Program-made: the position numbers and the translations under genes
In this document: positions 60,357 to 64,000 of the stretch, in pieces
Numbering within the stretch: position 1 is the first letter of the stretch
Layout of the letters: every line of letters begins with the position of its first letter
Notes under the pieces: model-generated
Databases searched by the model: none
What the model was told of the DNA's origin: nothing
The model's input: the letters and a program-made list of their open reading frames with translations, nothing else
From: an uncultured virus (IMG/VR IMGVR_UViG_3300020034_000011)
Lineage: Duplodnaviria > Heunggongvirae > Uroviricota > Caudoviricetes
Length of the DNA stretch: 64,000 nt
IMG/VR virus record: IMGVR_UViG_3300020034_000011
Direction: 5' to 3' (one strand)

Positions 60357-61795
60357 GTGAGGAGAAAGAGGGCTACAACGAATGATCTAAAGGCTTGGGT
60401 GATCAAGTCTCGAGAAGAGCAACGACGAGCGCCAGAGCGATATCTCGCTTCTTATCCTGATCTGACCATGGACGAAGACTCGGTGTTGTTGACAGAAGAC
60501 CAATTCGAGAAGATCAAGCGACACTGCGGTCGTTATGACGGCTGCTTTCCTACTGGCGTATACCTCGGGAAGATGTTTCTTCGTGGCGAGTGTCTTTGCT
60601 GGTTTGCCATCGCCAAAGTCAAACCGTTGACTGATTACAGCATTGAAGTCCGACGTATTGAGTTAGTTGAAAAGGCGGTGGTAGCGTGAGCACCACATGT
60701 ACGTACGGAGTGAAGACGACGTTTTGCTCTGGTCAGGGACAAACTGCTGACCACTACCACGCCACAGTCAGGCGATTGGAAGACGGTGTAGAGCTCATCT
60801 TCACCGCTAGGTGGAATTGGCGTCTGATGCGGAAGACTCGAAGAAAGCAACTCGACAAAGAGTTCGCGCGTTACGACAAGGACATCGCGAGAATTCGAGA
60901 AGGATCGAGGACCTTAGAGCGATAACATCACATGAGTTGGCTCGGCATCTTCTTGCCGCTCCAGATCTCCCGGTTGTGACGCACGCCAACAATCACACCA
61001 CGAGCGTTACCGATTCTGTTCGAGTGGGGCGCTTGAATCTCGATCGGCTCATTATCGGTAACTTTAGCCAGGAGCGACTCAAAGAAGGAAACGATGTTGT
61101 CGAAGAGGTATACGTTGATGGCGATTGGGGGTAACAATGAGTAGCAAAGCAGCGAAGAACATGGAAGTGATCTTCAACGCCAAGAAGCACCACGATGCGA
61201 ATTGCCCATGGAAGGGTGAAGGTAAGCGCATCAACATGACTGCGTTCGACATCGATCGCATGGGCTGGGAAGAAGGCGATGTCATCGCTGGGCTGACACT
61301 GGTGGCTGATGCTAAATTGGCTACCGGTCGTTTTGAGGTTCACTGCGACAACGAGCCCAAGCCAGACATGGAGTTCAAGGACAGCATCGCTGACTTCAAG
61401 ACGAGCGATGACTTGGTGACCGCATGAGTCAAGACCGACAGGTATATCTGCTGCACTTCCTTCGTGGATGTGCGACGGCAGCCGATGAAGACAATCTGGG
61501 TGTTGAAGTGGGCCGGTTGATGCTCAATGGTCAATTGATGAACGAAGCAGCCGATGAGTTCTCGAGGATGAAGACTGCTCTCGAGCCGAAGGAATTCAAG
61601 AACAAGACGGAGAAGTTTCGTCATCATCTCGCTCGAGCACATTTTCATGCGCAGAGAGCCTATGAGCTCATGTTCGAGTCCGATGGTCCGAAACGTTCCT
61701 ACATGATGCGATCGTCGATCGGTAAGGCGCAGAACATCCTCATCACCTGGTATGTGCGAGAGACAAAGCGTCAGAGAAAGGAGAGCGAAGGGTGA
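60357..61795 (+). other. run of small hypothetical ORFs (60357-60689, 60686-60925, ~60900-61134, 61137-61427, 61424-61795)
   Basis: coupled + strand ORFs. Confidence 0.5.
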
Positions 61796-62292
61796 TTCAT
61801 GAAGACGGCTGGGTAAAGGTCGAGGGGTTTCCGAAGTACAGTGTGAACCCCCTCGGCCAGGTGCGCAAAGACTCGAACCAACGTCCGATCCGCCCACGTG
61901 TCAATAAGGAAGGAGTTGCTTACGTTGGGTTCATGAAGGGAGCGAGACAGCATATTCGTTCTCTCCCTCGGCTGGTGGCGCTTACCTTTCTCTCTCCACC
62001 TAACGCCATCTTCGATACGCCTATCAATCTGGATGGCGACCGAACGAACTGCAGGACCGACAACCTCATGTGGCGTCCTCGGTGGTATGCCGTGCGTTAC
62101 GTCAATCAGTTTGACGATCCGTATGAGAACCCCATCGACCTACCGATCAGAGCGGTGGAGACAGGAGAGACTTTCCCGAACTCATTGGCTGCGGCCTGTC
62201 GTTACGGGCTTTTGGAGTATGAAGTTGTTCAATCGATCATGAATCAGACGCTCACCTGGCCCACCCTTCAGCGATTTGAGTTGGTGGAATAG
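61792..62292 (+). CDS. NUMOD4/HNH-like endonuclease
   Basis: W..VEGFPKYSVN..G.VR; RLVALTF; DGDRTNC..DNL.W. Confidence 0.75.
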   Translation: MIHEDGWVKVEGFPKYSVNPLGQVRKDSNQRPIRPRVNKEGVAYVGFMKGARQHIRSLPRLVALTFLSPPNAIFDTPINLDGDRTNCRTDNLMWRPRWYAVRYVNQFDDPYENPIDLPIRAVETGETFPNSLAAACRYGLLEYEVVQSIMNQTLTWPTLQRFELVE

Positions 62293-62326
62293 TGTCTAGG
62301 ACCTCGCATTTTTTTCAGATATTGGA

Positions 62327-62382
62327 TCGCGCGTTTTTCGCATGATCTAATAGAAGGGGGAAACATATGCTTTCTTTTTTGC
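62327..62382 (+). promoter_or_regulatory. promoter motif variant followed by a short hairpin and T tract
   Basis: TCGCG-N7-CG-N7-TAATAG, then AGAAGGGGGAAACATATGCTTTCTTTTTT. Confidence 0.55.
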
Positions 62383-62402
62383 CTTAGCGAAAGGAGGAAA
62401 TC

Positions 62403-62714
62403 GTGACCGAAAACGCGTACCAGGCGAAGCTGATCAAGAGACTGCGCCGCATGTTCCCTGGTTGCGAGATCCTCAAGAACGATCCGGGCTACAAACAAGG
62501 CATCTGTGATCTCACGATCCTGTGGGGTGAGTTCTGGGCAATGTTGGAAGTCAAAGCATCTGCTTCTGCGCCAGAGCGACCCAATCAGCCATATTTCGTC
62601 AAGAAGCTCAACGACATGAGCTTCGCTTCGTTCATCTATCCTGAGAACGAGGAGGAGGTGCTCACTGCGCTTCAGGCAGCATTCACATCTCGAAGGGCAG
62701 CATGCGTTTCTTAG
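62403..62714 (+). CDS. VRR-NUC / Holliday-junction resolvase-like nuclease
   Basis: EN.YQ...G..DL......AMLEVK......RPNQ. Confidence 0.75.
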   Translation: MTENAYQAKLIKRLRRMFPGCEILKNDPGYKQGICDLTILWGEFWAMLEVKASASAPERPNQPYFVKKLNDMSFASFIYPENEEEVLTALQAAFTSRRAACVS

Positions 62715-63225
62715 TCCCAGTTCGTATCACTGGATCAACTATGACGAAGAGAAACTCGCCTATCGCTACAAGACACTGCAGGCAGCGATCGAGGGCGTAG
62801 AGCAACACCGGTTCGCAGCGATCGCTATCGAAGAGTGCGTCGTGCAGGACAACGAAACAACCACACTTGGGATGTACATCAATCAGTGCATCCAGTTCAA
62901 GATGGCTTCTGAGATCGTCTTGTTCTACTCACCTAACGCGTTCGGCACAGTGGACGCAATCTCTTTTCGTCACAAGCGTCTGAGGATCAGCGACCTCAAG
63001 ACCGGAGTGACGCGCACATCAGAGCATCAGCTTGAGGTCTATGCTGCGCTCTTCTGCCTCGAATACGAGGTGGACCCGTTCTCCCTACGGGGCATTGAGC
63101 TCCGTATCTATCAGGATAACGCGGTACGCGAGTACCCTGGTGATCCATATAAAATCGTGGGGATCATGGACAAGATCGTGAGATTCAATGCAATTCTCAA
63201 TCAGCTTCGAGAGGAGGTGTCGTGA
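62665..63225 (+). CDS. PD-(D/E)XK (Cas4-like) exonuclease, probable CTG start
   Basis: HAFLSPSSYHWINY N-terminus; FGTVDAI...ISDLKTG...QL.VYA. Confidence 0.75.
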   Translation: MRFRQHSHLEGQHAFLSPSSYHWINYDEEKLAYRYKTLQAAIEGVEQHRFAAIAIEECVVQDNETTTLGMYINQCIQFKMASEIVLFYSPNAFGTVDAISFRHKRLRISDLKTGVTRTSEHQLEVYAALFCLEYEVDPFSLRGIELRIYQDNAVREYPGDPYKIVGIMDKIVRFNAILNQLREEVS

Positions 63226-64000
63226 TGGAGCTAACTGAAGGAGAGTACCTGGCCCATTACGGCATTCTTCGCAAGTCGGGGCGTTATCCTTGGGGATCTG
63301 GAGAGAACCCCCATCAGCGCAGCAAGACGTTTCTCGACATCATCGATCAGCACAGGAAAGACGGGCTGAGCGAAGCTAAGATCGCTGAGCTGTACCAGCC
63401 TGTGGATTCAGAGGGAAGGAAGATCCCTCCGTTCTTCACGACGTCAGATCTTCGTGCTCTGAAGTCGAGAGCTGTGAACCTTCAGAAGCAAGCGCAGATC
63501 CGGGAAGCCACGTCTCTGCGTGAAGACAAGGGCATGAGCCCATCAGCTATTGGTCGACAGATGGGTCTCAACGAGTCGACCGTTCGCTCACTCCTCGAGC
63601 CGGGCCGTCAAGAGAAGCTCGATATCCTGCAGGAAACGGCTAACATGCTCAAGCGTCAGGTTGAGGAGAAGCCGTTCCTTGACGTTGGTGGGCAAACCGA
63701 ACGTGATCTTCCCATCTTCTCCGATATCCCAAACATCGGGATTTCGAAGGACAAGTTCAACACCGCCCTCTCCATGCTCAAGGAAGAGGGATATTCGGTC
63801 CACACGGTTCGGGTTCAGCAGGTCGGTACAGGAGAGTACACCAAGTACCGAGTTCTGGTGAAGCCTGGGGTTACACAGAAGGACGTGTTCCTCAATCGTG
63901 ATCAGATCCGAGTCATCTCTGAGAAATCAGATGATGGTGGTCGTACCTACAACGATCGAGCCCTCAAGCCGCCTCTGAGTATCGACGCCAAGCGCATTGA
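63225..64000 (+). CDS. large HTH-containing protein, truncated by the window end (candidate phage RNA polymerase)
   Basis: appears open to the window end; MELTEGEYLAHYGILRKSGRYPWGSG; HTH GMSPSAIGRQMGLNESTVRSLL; missing from the ORF track because no stop codon. Confidence 0.7.
   Translation, partial: MELTEGEYLAHYGILRKSGRYPWGSGENPHQRSKTFLDIIDQHRKDGLSEAKIAELYQPVDSEGRKIPPFFTTSDLRALKSRAVNLQKQAQIREATSLREDKGMSPSAIGRQMGLNESTVRSLLEPGRQEKLDILQETANMLKRQVEEKPFLDVGGQTERDLPIFSDIPNIGISKDKFNTALSMLKEEGYSVHTVRVQQVGTGEYTKYRVLVKPGVTQKDVFLNRDQIRVISEKSDDGGRTYNDRALKPPLSIDAKRI

Noticed and set aside
62665..63225. Cas4-like gene as evidence of CRISPR-Cas
   Set aside because: Stand-alone PD-(D/E)XK exonucleases are common in phage replication modules.
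63559..63573. AGATGGGTCTCAACG, nearly identical to the ncRNA seed region
   Set aside because: Lies in coding sequence for the HTH residues QMGLNE; most simply a coincidence of protein constraint.
1..64000. Integrase, repressor, reverse transcriptase or DGR system
   Set aside because: No tyrosine/serine recombinase or RT motifs and no template/variable repeat pair noticed in this window.

Overview
The window is most of a ~60% GC tailed (siphovirus-type) phage genome, with essentially all genes on the + strand. It probably starts near the left genome end and is cut inside the last gene. Gene order and protein signatures resemble actinobacteriophages of the AM/AU/AW/BI/DJ-like group (recalled, not searched), and an mIHF homolog points to an Actinomycetota host. 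Left arm (0.1-29 kb): HNH nuclease, M23 endolysin, adaptor and fibre genes, a 2H-phosphoesterase fusion, terminase, portal, protease-capsid fusion, tail module, 2023-aa tape measure and holin. Right arm (29-64 kb): many small ORFs, a 1271-aa helicase/primase/polymerase fusion, SSB, mIHF, HAD phosphatase, SF2 helicase, a repeat-rich putative origin, nucleases and a truncated large HTH protein. The most striking unexplained layer is non-coding. (i) A fixed-spacing promoter-like motif, TCGCG-N7-CA-N7-TA(A/G)T, occurs 11 times and drives small promoter-ORF-terminator cassettes and ORF-less small RNAs. (ii) A TGAGACCC element sits just before the RBS of about 11 genes and is absent from the promoter copies that drive ncRNAs. 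(iii) Two covarying structured RNAs, plus a third hairpin, expose the complement (GGG)GUCUCA in a bulge. Together these suggest a phage-encoded trans-acting RNA / mRNA-leader recognition system. Several further structured ncRNA candidates are present. All folds were read by eye and no database search was run.
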